A stretch of DNA of 60,533 bases. Origin: Thermodesulfobacteriota bacterium (GTDB lineage: Bacteria > Desulfobacterota > Desulfobulbia > Desulfobulbales > BM004). The translations under genes and the position numbers were made by a program. Of this stretch, positions 1 to 8,494 are shown piece after piece (the first letter of the stretch is position 1; each line of letters opens with the position of its first letter). The notes under the pieces were generated by a model. It saw only the letters and a program-made list of their open reading frames with translations. It ran no database searches and was not told where the DNA came from. The stretch is from positions 1-60,533 of the forward strand of contig JBHPCH010000002.1 of NCBI GenBank assembly GCA_042576125.1, in the 5' to 3' direction.

Positions 1-38
1 GTAAAATAAGTGATGAGTTGGAGGATTAAGGATAAAGA

Positions 39-215
39 ATGAGCAAAATCAGGATATATGATTTAGCCAAAGAGGCTGGCATAAAAAGTGCGGAGTTGGC
101 TGAAAAGCTTATCGACCTTGGCTATGATATAAAAGGGCATAGTTCAACCGTGGCTGACGATGTCGCTGACGAGATCCGCAGAAATGTTCTCGGCACCACT
201 TTCCTTTTCAGGTGA
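39..215 (+). CDS. 58-aa stand-alone protein resembling the N-terminal domain of translation initiation factor IF-2 (IF2_N-like)
   Basis: ATG at 39 preceded by GGAGG at 20-24. An in-frame TAA at 33-35 closes the frame upstream and TGA is at 213-215. Translation is MSKIRIYDLAKEAGIKSAELAEKLIDLGYDIKGHSSTVADDVADEIRRNVLGTTFLFR; the first ~50 aa read like the canonical IF-2 N-terminus (MSK-IRVYELAKE...). It is below the 60-aa cut-off of the ORF track and its 3' end overlaps the nusA 3' end antisense (144-215). Confidence 0.55.
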   Translation: MSKIRIYDLAKEAGIKSAELAEKLIDLGYDIKGHSSTVADDVADEIRRNVLGTTFLFR

Positions 216-1469
216 CTGGGTCTCAACTGCAGCAGATTCCATATAGCTTTCAACTGCTTCGGCTAGTTTTGCTGCCCTTTCAGGCTTCATACCCTTCAAA
301 CCTTCCAGTTCTTTAATTTCTATGCCTTTCAAATCGCTTGCTGCTCTAAAACCTGCATCATAAAGGATGTCAGCCATACCTTCATCCACTCCCTCAATAT
401 TAAGAAGTGACCTGTAACCATCCTCCTCAAGCTTGGCATATCTTGCCTCACTCTTCACATCAATATTCCAGCCGAGTAATTTCGACGCCAGTCTTACATT
501 TTGTCCCTGGCGCCCAATGGCCAAGGATAACTGGTCATCGGGAACAACTACCATGAGAGATTTTTTATCCTCGTCAACCAATACCATTGAAACTTCAGCG
601 GGTGCCAGAGCACTGGACACAAATTTCGCCGGGTCAGGGCTCCAGGGAACAATGTCGATTCTTTCACCCTGCAGTTCCTGGACAACATTCTGAACTCTTG
701 ATCCCTTCATGCCTACACAGGCTCCTACAGGATCCACATCTGACTCACTGGAGGAAACTGCAATCTTGGCCCTGAAGCCTGGTTCACGGCTGACTCCCAT
801 GATCTTTACTATGCCTTCAGCAATTTCAGGGACTTCCATCTCAAAAAGTTTTGACAGAAAATCATTATTGACCCTGCTGAGAACAAGTTGCTGTTCCCTG
901 GCGCTCTGGCGTACATCAAAGAGCAGTGCCCTGATCCTGTCGCCCTGGCGGAAAGATCTCTTTGGAATCTGTTCACTATGGGGCAGAATGGCATCCGTAC
1001 GGCCCAGATTGATAATCATATTGCCCCGCTCAAATCTCTGCACAATGCCATTGACAATTTCGCCCTGTCTGCCCTTATACATATCGTATATCACATCAAG
1101 CTCGGCGTCTTTCATCTTCTGGATAATCACCTGCTTGGCCGATTGAGCAGCTATCCGGCCCAGCTCGGCAATATTTTCCATCTTGGTTCCAATTTCATCG
1201 TGCAGTTTTACGCCAGGGTCCAAGGCAGTTGCCTCTTCCAGGGAAATCTCGGTCTGCTCATCTTCAACAGTATCAACTACCATGCGAAACTGAAAGATCT
1301 CAACCTCTCCGAGTTCGTCATTATATTGGACTTCCATATCCCTGCGGCTGCCGAATTTCTTCCTGGCTGCCGAACGAACGGCCTCTTCAATGGTCTCGAC
1401 AAGCAAATGTTTCTCGATTCCCTTATCCCTACTGATCTGCTCAATTATTCTTTTCAAGTCCGACAGCAT
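144..1469 (-). CDS. nusA: transcription termination/antitermination factor NusA
   Basis: 441-aa ORF with a typical NusA N-terminus (MLSDLKRIIEQISRDKGIEK), S1 and KH regions (GACVGMKGSRVQ, IGRQGQNVRLA) and one C-terminal HhH-like repeat. GGAG lies upstream of the ATG and the gene sits directly downstream of rimP. Confidence 0.95.
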   Translation of the reverse strand: MLSDLKRIIEQISRDKGIEKHLLVETIEEAVRSAARKKFGSRRDMEVQYNDELGEVEIFQFRMVVDTVEDEQTEISLEEATALDPGVKLHDEIGTKMENIAELGRIAAQSAKQVIIQKMKDAELDVIYDMYKGRQGEIVNGIVQRFERGNMIINLGRTDAILPHSEQIPKRSFRQGDRIRALLFDVRQSAREQQLVLSRVNNDFLSKLFEMEVPEIAEGIVKIMGVSREPGFRAKIAVSSSESDVDPVGACVGMKGSRVQNVVQELQGERIDIVPWSPDPAKFVSSALAPAEVSMVLVDEDKKSLMVVVPDDQLSLAIGRQGQNVRLASKLLGWNIDVKSEARYAKLEEDGYRSLLNIEGVDEGMADILYDAGFRAASDLKGIEIKELEGLKGMKPERAAKLAEAVESYMESAAVETQSPEKESGAENISADLVSDIVSHG

Positions 1470-1662
1470 AATTTGTACTCCATGTCAAACCGGCAACTGA
1501 TGCCTGATTTGCTCATTGTAATAAAGGTTTCCTAAAATTGTCAGCATCGCAGATAGCGAACGAAGTGAGACTTCGAAAAACACGATGCGGACAGGTATTC
1601 CTCACATAACATATTGATATTATCAGGCCCTGTTACTGACTGAGGACCTTTTTGCTGCTTCA

Positions 1663-2121
1663 TCAAAATTCAACTTCCAGCCTGGCCTTGCTAACCTGAG
1701 AAAACAAAATTGTTACTTCTTCGGTACCAACTTCCAGCACAATGGTTTCCCCTGCAGTTCTATTTATAGTACCGATTAAAACATGCTTACCGGCAATTGG
1801 TTCTGTTGTCTTTACTTTTGCCTTCCGCCCAACAAAACGTTCAAAATCAGCAAAATTTTTCAAAGCCCGGTCAAGTCCGGGAGAGGATACCTCCAGGTTG
1901 TATGCCTGGTCGATAAAATCCTCAATGTCCAAAAGCTGGCTGATTTCCCGGCTGACGACAGCACAGTCATCCAGAGTGACGCCTTCCTGCTTATCAATAA
2001 TGAGCCGCAAAATCCATCCATTTTGTTCCCGCCGGTACTGCACCTCCACCAACTCCAATCCCAATTCTTCAAGAACTGGAAGAGCAACTGCCTCTACGCT
2101 TTCAATTACTGTTGCTGCCAT
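1663..2121 (-). CDS. rimP: ribosome maturation factor RimP
   Basis: 152-aa ORF with RimP-like sequence (LGLELVEVQY...LEVSSPGLDRALK) in the conserved position upstream of nusA. Confidence 0.9.
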   Translation of the reverse strand: MAATVIESVEAVALPVLEELGLELVEVQYRREQNGWILRLIIDKQEGVTLDDCAVVSREISQLLDIEDFIDQAYNLEVSSPGLDRALKNFADFERFVGRKAKVKTTEPIAGKHVLIGTINRTAGETIVLEVGTEEVTILFSQVSKARLEVEF

Positions 2122-2140
2122 CTCGGCCCTTAGCTAATAA

Positions 2141-2170
2141 AATAAAAAAAAGCGGGCAAAAAAAGCCCAC
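2141..2170 (-). terminator. intrinsic terminator/attenuator between tRNA-Gly and rimP
   Basis: Minus-strand RNA is GUGGGC-UUUUUUU-GCCCGC followed by UUUUUUUUAUU (plus-strand stems at 2152-2157 and 2165-2170, A-run at 2144-2151). It ends about 20 nt upstream of the rimP start. Confidence 0.5.
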
Positions 2171-2342
2171 TTTCAACATCAGCACAGGGAAACACCTGTA
2201 CCTTATAACGCGAAAACCAGACCGCAGTATAAAAAGCATATTCCACAAAGGCCTGATAAATCTTTTCGCAAAATCCCGGCTGCTTAAGAGAAGAGCGGGG
2301 CACTTCGCAAACCTTATCAGCAGCCGATCGCAGAGCTTTAGG

Positions 2343-2418
2343 TGGAGCGGGCAACGGGGTTCGAACCCGCGACCCCAAGCTTGGGAAGCTTGTACTCTAC
2401 CAACTGAGCTACACCCGC
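2343..2418 (-). tRNA. tRNA-Gly (anticodon CCC), CCA encoded
   Basis: The reverse complement folds by hand into a 76-nt cloverleaf: acceptor GCGGGTG/TGCCCGC, D arm GCTC-AGTTGGTA-GAGT, anticodon arm CAAGC-TTCCCAA-GCTTG (CCC), variable loop GGGTC, T arm GCGGG-TTCGAAC-CCCGT, discriminator T, then CCA. Confidence 0.9.
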
Positions 2419-2444
2419 CCTCAGGCTCATACTGCAAGCCGATA

Positions 2445-2472
2445 AATATACTTATTTTAATTAACTTGTCAA
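2445..2472 (-). promoter_or_regulatory. sigma70-type promoter for tRNA-Gly (and possibly read-through into rimP-nusA)
   Basis: On the minus strand: TTGACA (2472-2467), a 16-nt spacer, then TATATT (2450-2445), about 27 nt upstream of the mature tRNA 5' end. Confidence 0.5.
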
Positions 2473-2637
2473 GTACGATAAATAGTCAGGCAGGCAAATT
2501 GCATTCAACGACTCACGGTTTCCGGCCCCCTTTTCAGCTTCCTATAGACAGGGACCTTGTAATTACAACCTATGCTTCATACTTTTCTTAACAATTTTAA
2601 GGAGTTTTATAAAAAAAAATACGCGATTTTGGACTCG

Positions 2638-3135
2638 TCATCCTTCCTGTTCAGCAATTGCTTCAACTGCCATGGCGACAGCCTCTTCAGGAGTGGCCGC
2701 AACATACCATTCAGGCTGTTTCACCTTGCCATGCCCGGGGATGGACCAGGATTTCAAGAGAATTATCGGGCAATTGCCTTTTAAGGCCAGGGCAATTTCT
2801 GACAGGGTGCCATATTCCCCCCCTATTGCAATTGCAGCCTCACAGCTCTTTGTATTTATCGCATTTCTTGCCTCACCCATACCGGTATAAATAGCTATAT
2901 CGACATACCTGTTAGCCGGGGTTGTCTTTCTCGTGCCAGGCAGAACGCCAACGGTAATGCCATCTCCCTCCTTTGCGCCCTTGCTGGCAGCAGTCATGAC
3001 ACCTCCCAGACCACCGGTCAAAACCACAAAACCTCTTTGGGCCAGTTGGCGGCCTACCGTTAAAGCTGATTGCCACTCAGCATCGGTATCAGATATGTTT
3101 CCAGCTCCAAAAACTCCAATAATATTTTTTGGCAT
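2638..3135 (-). CDS. LOG / TIGR00725-like Rossmann-fold nucleotide-binding protein
   Basis: 165 aa with the motifs GVFGAG...VLTGGLGGVMTAASKGA...GVLPG...TGMGEARN...IAIGGEYGTLSE, typical of the LOG/SLOG (lysine-decarboxylase-like) family. Confidence 0.7.
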   Translation of the reverse strand: MPKNIIGVFGAGNISDTDAEWQSALTVGRQLAQRGFVVLTGGLGGVMTAASKGAKEGDGITVGVLPGTRKTTPANRYVDIAIYTGMGEARNAINTKSCEAAIAIGGEYGTLSEIALALKGNCPIILLKSWSIPGHGKVKQPEWYVAATPEEAVAMAVEAIAEQEG

Positions 3136-3291
3136 ATTCCTTCCTCTGAATTAAATAATCAGATGCAGATTCCATTCATTCTTGACACATAACATGATAT
3201 ATAACTAAAGTTACATAAACAATGTAAATCCATTGTATGAAAAATGAGGGTCAGTCAAGTGTCTCTTTAAACTCTGCAATCAAACCTGATT

Positions 3292-4161
3292 ATGTTGCAA
3301 AAAAAAATTACATCATACCTTTACAAATGCTTTCTTGCTCTTGTACTTTTAGCGCTTGGCAGCGGCTGTACAACAATAATTGTGAACCCGCTCCTGGACC
3401 CACTATCTCTTTCCCTGCAAAAACAGACAGACCTGGAGCTTCTGCAGGACGGTGCACCTACTCTACTGCTTTTACTTGATGGCCTGATTGCCGGTGATCC
3501 GGACAATGAACGTCTGCTGATGGCTACAATCAAGGCATATGGAGCATATGCATCAATCCTCTATGAGGAAGGTCAAATCGAACGCGCTGTCAATATGAGT
3601 CTCAAATCAAAGGAATATGGCATCAATCTTTTAAAGCAACTGCCCACCCTGGAAAATTTAGATAACCTGACCCTGGAAGAAAGCCAACAGGCGCTTGCCG
3701 GGCTTTCAGCTAAAAAGGTGGAATACTTATTCTGGGGTGCTTATGGATGGGCCACATGGATACAGTACCAGGATGGTGCTCCTGCCTCCATGGCAGACCT
3801 GCCCATTGTGGAACAGATCATGCTCAGAGTAGTAGAACTCGATGAATCGTATTATTATGGCGGTGCCCATATTTTTCTCGGTGCCTACTATGGGAGTCGC
3901 CCTCAAATGTATGGCGGCAAACCGGACCTAAGCCGTCAACACTTTGAAAGGGCACTTACAATAAACAAGAGAGCATTTCTGCTTACACAGGTTGCCTATG
4001 CGCAAACATATGCCCGCTTGATGTTTGACCGGGAACTTTACCTCAAGTTGTTGGCAGAGGTAATTGAACAGCCGCTTGCTGATTCTGACATGGCCTCAAG
4101 TAACAAATTGGCCAAGATCAAGGCTGAAAAGCTTATCAGCCAGGTTGATGAATTCTTTTAA
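3292..4161 (+). CDS. TatT-like TPR lipoprotein associated with a TRAP transporter
   Basis: 289 aa with a lipobox (LALGSGC). The helical/TPR-like sequence reads like the TatT component family, and the gene is immediately followed by dctP/Q/M homologues. Confidence 0.7.
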   Translation: MLQKKITSYLYKCFLALVLLALGSGCTTIIVNPLLDPLSLSLQKQTDLELLQDGAPTLLLLLDGLIAGDPDNERLLMATIKAYGAYASILYEEGQIERAVNMSLKSKEYGINLLKQLPTLENLDNLTLEESQQALAGLSAKKVEYLFWGAYGWATWIQYQDGAPASMADLPIVEQIMLRVVELDESYYYGGAHIFLGAYYGSRPQMYGGKPDLSRQHFERALTINKRAFLLTQVAYAQTYARLMFDRELYLKLLAEVIEQPLADSDMASSNKLAKIKAEKLISQVDEFF

Positions 4162-4163
4162 AC

Positions 4164-5201
4164 ATGAAGACAATGAATACTTTTATAAAATTACTCTTCA
4201 GCTCATTTATCCTGTTGCTTTTTGTCATAAATGCGGGTGAAGTACATGCAGGCAAATCCAGGTATATCTTCAAGGTTGCCTCCCTTGCCCCGGAAGGCAG
4301 CGTCTGGGCAAAAAGATTTCGTGACTTCGCCAATGAAGTTACAGAAAAAAGCGGCGGGGAAATCAGCTTTAAAATTTATGCCGGCGGTGTCATGGGTGAT
4401 GACCGGGCCATGTACCGCAAAATGCGTGTAGGACAAATTAATGGCGGCGGCTTTACCATGACCGGCATCACCGATGTTGTTCCGGACTTTCGGGTACTTG
4501 GAATTCCCTTTTTCTTTAATTCTTATGAAGAGGTTGACGAATTAAAACAAAAACTCTTCCCCAGATTTCAAAAAGAATTTGATAAAAAAAACCTGGTGCT
4601 TCTGGCAATGTCTGAGGTGGGTTTCATATATACCATGTCACAAAAACCGATCACCACCCTGGACCAACTGAAAAAAAGTAAGGCCTGGGCTCCTGAAGGC
4701 GATCCCATCAGCAAAGCCCTGCTCGAGTCCGTTGGACTGACCCCAATCCCCCTGTCAATACCGGATGTCCTCACTTCTCTGCAAACAGGTCTGATCAACA
4801 CAGCCTTTAACTCTTTTTACGGTTCCATTGTCATGCAATGGTTTACCCGCACTTCCTATATTACAGACATTCCTTTTGTCTACGCTTACGGAGCTTTTCT
4901 TCTCGATAAAAAGACTTTTTCAAAACTGCCTGCCGATTATGCCCAAATGATGCATTCAGCTGCCAAGAAACATTTTGCCAAACTGCTTGCCGATACCCGG
5001 AAAAGTAATGATGAAGCTCTGCAGGTCCTCCAGGATAACGATATTTCTCTGGTTCAACTGACTCCGGAATCCAAAACAGAATTGATGAACTACCGGGAAA
5101 TGACAGTAAAAAAACTGGTCGGCGATGCTTTTTCCGAGTCCATTTACCAAGAGGCCGTAGGACACCTTCAAAAATTTCGCGCAACACAGGCAGGCCGGTA
5201 G
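4164..5201 (+). CDS. dctP: TRAP transporter substrate-binding protein (DctP family)
   Basis: 345 aa with a signal peptide and DctP-family-like sequence (SLAPEGSVWAKRF...FKIYAGGVMGDD). Followed by the Q and M subunits. Confidence 0.85.
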   Translation: MKTMNTFIKLLFSSFILLLFVINAGEVHAGKSRYIFKVASLAPEGSVWAKRFRDFANEVTEKSGGEISFKIYAGGVMGDDRAMYRKMRVGQINGGGFTMTGITDVVPDFRVLGIPFFFNSYEEVDELKQKLFPRFQKEFDKKNLVLLAMSEVGFIYTMSQKPITTLDQLKKSKAWAPEGDPISKALLESVGLTPIPLSIPDVLTSLQTGLINTAFNSFYGSIVMQWFTRTSYITDIPFVYAYGAFLLDKKTFSKLPADYAQMMHSAAKKHFAKLLADTRKSNDEALQVLQDNDISLVQLTPESKTELMNYREMTVKKLVGDAFSESIYQEAVGHLQKFRATQAGR

Positions 5202-5211
5202 CATCTGTCAC

Positions 5212-5724
5212 ATGAACATCCTGAAAAAATCCTTTGCTTTCATTTTAAGGAGCATTTCCTGGATAGAGGAGACATTTCTCTGTTTGCTTCTCACCTCCAT
5301 GATTCTTCTGGCCTGTGTACAGATATTCTTACGGTTCTTTTTTTCCGGCGGCTTTGCCTGGGCCGATCCTCTCTTGCGTTATATGGTGCTCTGGGCCGGA
5401 TTATTCGGTGCCGCCGTTGCTACAAAAACAGGCAAGCATATCTCTATCGATATAATTTCACACCTGCTTCCGGACAGATTCAAGCCATGGATACAAGCCC
5501 TGCTGAATCTTTTTTCAGCCGGTGTCTGCGCTGTACTTACATATGCTGCAATTACTTTTGTCCGCGATGAAGCCACATATGGAGGAAGGGCATTGCTGGG
5601 AATTCCTTCCTGGGGACTGAACCTTGTTTTCCCTCTGGCTTTTGGGATTATTTCCCTGCGCTTCCTCATTTTGGCTTTCAATAATCTGGGCTTTGTCTTT
5701 TCACACCCACCAACTTCCGACTGA
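5212..5724 (+). CDS. dctQ: TRAP transporter small permease (DctQ family)
   Basis: 170 aa with 4 predicted TM segments, positioned between dctP and dctM. Confidence 0.8.
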   Translation: MNILKKSFAFILRSISWIEETFLCLLLTSMILLACVQIFLRFFFSGGFAWADPLLRYMVLWAGLFGAAVATKTGKHISIDIISHLLPDRFKPWIQALLNLFSAGVCAVLTYAAITFVRDEATYGGRALLGIPSWGLNLVFPLAFGIISLRFLILAFNNLGFVFSHPPTSD

Positions 5725-5734
5725 GGGCTGAATA

Positions 5735-7003
5735 ATGGGCCTCAGCAAGATATTCATTTTTTTCCTGGCAATTTTGGGAACACCTCTATTTGTAGTTATC
5801 TCTGCCCTGGGACTCCTGTCTTTTTACGGTATCGAAATTGATCTTTCAGTTGTCATTATCGAGATGTCCCGACTTTCAGATACACCTTTGCTGCTCTCAT
5901 TACCGCTGTTCATATTTGCCGGGACGCTACTGGCTGAAAGCGGCACACCGCAAAGATTGCTTCGCCTTTCGCAAGTGCTCCTTGACTGGATGCCGGGCGG
6001 CCTTGCCGTAGTCTCACTTCTGGTATGTGCTGTTTTTACGGCTTTTACAGGTGCTTCAGGCGTTACCATATTTGCTATCGGAGGCCTGCTCTACCCGGCT
6101 CTTATCAAGGATAACTATTCAGAGCGGTTCTCTCTGGGCCTCATAACCTCATCCGGAAGCCTGGGGCTTCTTTTTCCTCCGAGCCTGCCGCTTATTCTCT
6201 ACGGCGTCATCTCAGAAACCCGGGTTGACCAGCTCTTTCTCGCCGGTATTCTCCCCGGCATCCTCATGCTCATCCTCCTTGTTGCCTACAGCATGGCAAA
6301 AGGACCGGGGAAAAAATCAAAAGATTATAAAAAGCCAAAGCTGAAAGATATGCTTTCCGGCTTAAAAGAAGCCGCCTGGGAAATACCTTTGCCTTTTATT
6401 ATCCTGGGAGGCATATACGGAGGTTTTTTTGTGGCGGGTGAAGCTGCAGCTGTGACCGCGCTGTATGTCCTGATCGTCGAGGTTCTCATATATCGGGATA
6501 TCCCCATCAAAAAATTGCCAAAGATCATGGTTCAGAGCATGGTGCTGTTCGGAGGTATCCTTGTGGTTCTTGCCGCGTCAATGGCGACTACAAATTTTCT
6601 GGTAGACCAGGAAGTCCCCATGCGTCTCTTTGAGCTTATCCGCCAGTATATTTCCAGTAAATATACCTTCCTGTTGCTGCTGAATATTTTTCTCCTCATA
6701 GTGGGCTCAATGCTTGATATTTTTTCGGCACTGGTTCTTGTGGTGCCTCTCATAATCCCCATAGCAGAGGCATATGGCGTAGACCTGGTCCACCTTGGCA
6801 TCATTTTTCTCACCAATCTGCAGATCGGTTACTGCACTCCTCCCGTAGGCCTTAATCTCTTTCTCGCCAGCTACCGTTTTGATAAACCTGTCGTAACACT
6901 TTACAGGGCCACCCTGCCATTCCTTGCCCTGCTTATGATTACACTGATCATTATTACTTACTTCCCTGCCATAAGTCTGCTGCTGGTCAATCTCTGGGGA
7001 TAA
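5735..7003 (+). CDS. dctM: TRAP transporter large permease (DctM family)
   Basis: 422-aa polytopic membrane protein with typical DctM-like sequence and position. Confidence 0.85.
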   Translation: MGLSKIFIFFLAILGTPLFVVISALGLLSFYGIEIDLSVVIIEMSRLSDTPLLLSLPLFIFAGTLLAESGTPQRLLRLSQVLLDWMPGGLAVVSLLVCAVFTAFTGASGVTIFAIGGLLYPALIKDNYSERFSLGLITSSGSLGLLFPPSLPLILYGVISETRVDQLFLAGILPGILMLILLVAYSMAKGPGKKSKDYKKPKLKDMLSGLKEAAWEIPLPFIILGGIYGGFFVAGEAAAVTALYVLIVEVLIYRDIPIKKLPKIMVQSMVLFGGILVVLAASMATTNFLVDQEVPMRLFELIRQYISSKYTFLLLLNIFLLIVGSMLDIFSALVLVVPLIIPIAEAYGVDLVHLGIIFLTNLQIGYCTPPVGLNLFLASYRFDKPVVTLYRATLPFLALLMITLIIITYFPAISLLLVNLWG

Positions 7004-7151
7004 TTGCCAGCTAATAAAAAACTTCTTGCCGCATCGGTACAATACGGTGACTTATGAGCTAAAATAGCTATGGTTTCATTGCATTAGAAGCATTATAGTA
7101 AAGATTAACCAGCATCCAACAGCACTTCACTATCTTCAATATGCTAATCAC

Positions 7152-8312
7152 ATGAGAAAAATCCTTTTTGCAATTCTGGTTCTTATTGTAATCGGCATAG
7201 GCATGCTGCATTTTCTTACGCCCGGTTACCTGGTTTTTTATCATGATATGTACAGGCGGCTCAGTTATTTTCCCATTGTTCTTGGGGCAATCTGGTTTGG
7301 GGTCTGGGGAGGGCTATTGCTGGCAGTTATGTCCTCAATCGCTTTCATTCCCCATGTCCTTCTCTATATTGGCGATAGCTCTGGTACCTATCTGAGTGAG
7401 CTGACAGAGATTATCCTTTACATTGCGGCCGGCACAGTGACAGGAATTATTGCCGGCAGGGAGTCACTCCTTCGAAATCGCTACAAAGAGTTGTCAGAAA
7501 AACTGGAAAAATCCTACGATAAACTACACCGGGAGACCGAGCTTCTGATTGAAGTGGAAGAACAGTTGAGCGCTGCCCAGAAACTCTCCGCTCTGGGCCA
7601 GCTCTCAGCCTCTCTTGCCCATGAGATAAAAAATCCCCTCTCTTCTATTAAAGGAACTGCAGAAATTCTGCTTGATGAATTTCCAGAAGGACACCCCAAA
7701 AAAGAATTTGTCGAAATCCTGCTCAAGGAGACGACAAGGCTTAATAATACTGTTGAGGAAGTGTTACAATTTTCACGCCGTGGCATGCAGGGCGGCAGAA
7801 AAGAACAGGCAGACACAGAACCCCTTTCCCAGGTAATTGACAGGGTGACCAGTCTGCTTACCAGTCAGTTGCGTAAAAAAAGCATCAAGCTGACTGTGAC
7901 CGGCTGGGAAAAGGGGAAAACTTTTTTTGTTGCCGGTGAAAAATTATCCCAGGTATTCCTCAATATTATTTTAAATGGGATTGATGCTTCTCCTGCAAAG
8001 GGAGAAATTGCTATCGAGACCATTGAAAATTCCTCCGGCTATTTAATTTCAGTAAAAGATAACGGTCCCGGCATTCCGGCCGAATTTAAGGATAAAATTT
8101 TTGACCCGTTTTATTCCAGCAAAGAAGGCGGCACAGGCCTTGGTCTGTCCATCAGCAGAAAAATCGTTGAAAGCTATGGCGGCACACTCACGCTGTCTGA
8201 TACAGAGACAGGAGGGGCATGTTTTACCGTCTTTCTGCCCAAGGTAAATTCTGGAAGCGATGTAAAAAAACAAACAGAAAGTGACTTTAAAAATATTGAA
8301 GGGAATTTATAA
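7152..8312 (+). CDS. membrane-embedded sensor histidine kinase (HisKA + HATPase_c)
   Basis: 386 aa. The N-terminus has about 4 TM helices and no large periplasmic loop. H-box is SASLAHEIKNPLSSI; the C-terminus carries N/G1/G2 boxes (NGIDAS, DNGPGI, GGTGLGL). Confidence 0.85.
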   Translation: MRKILFAILVLIVIGIGMLHFLTPGYLVFYHDMYRRLSYFPIVLGAIWFGVWGGLLLAVMSSIAFIPHVLLYIGDSSGTYLSELTEIILYIAAGTVTGIIAGRESLLRNRYKELSEKLEKSYDKLHRETELLIEVEEQLSAAQKLSALGQLSASLAHEIKNPLSSIKGTAEILLDEFPEGHPKKEFVEILLKETTRLNNTVEEVLQFSRRGMQGGRKEQADTEPLSQVIDRVTSLLTSQLRKKSIKLTVTGWEKGKTFFVAGEKLSQVFLNIILNGIDASPAKGEIAIETIENSSGYLISVKDNGPGIPAEFKDKIFDPFYSSKEGGTGLGLSISRKIVESYGGTLTLSDTETGGACFTVFLPKVNSGSDVKKQTESDFKNIEGNL

Positions 8313-8494
8313 TACCCGGATTATAAATGATAAATTTGTAAAAAATTGATATACAGTGAGTAGTTGCTTCTCAGGAAAACTCAGGTATACATATGATATG
8401 CCGAGAATTACGTGAACCCGCTACGAAGGAGTAGATCAACTTTTTACAACGCCATCATAAATAGAAAACCCATGCAGTTACTTCAGAGGTTTAT

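Noticed and set aside
433-1535. Several plus-strand ORFs (86-215 aa) inside nusA. Many similar antisense ORFs lie inside other long genes, for example 25121-25663, 41207-41999, 42804-43397, 45237-45837 and 59627-60199.
   Set aside because: All lie opposite strongly supported genes with recognisable family motifs. Their translations are low-complexity or Ser/Leu/Arg-rich, as is typical of antisense frames.
2102-2591. ORFs of 111, 159 and 82 aa overlapping the tRNA-Gly region.
   Set aside because: They span a hand-verified tRNA, its promoter and a terminator. No SD or protein-like features.
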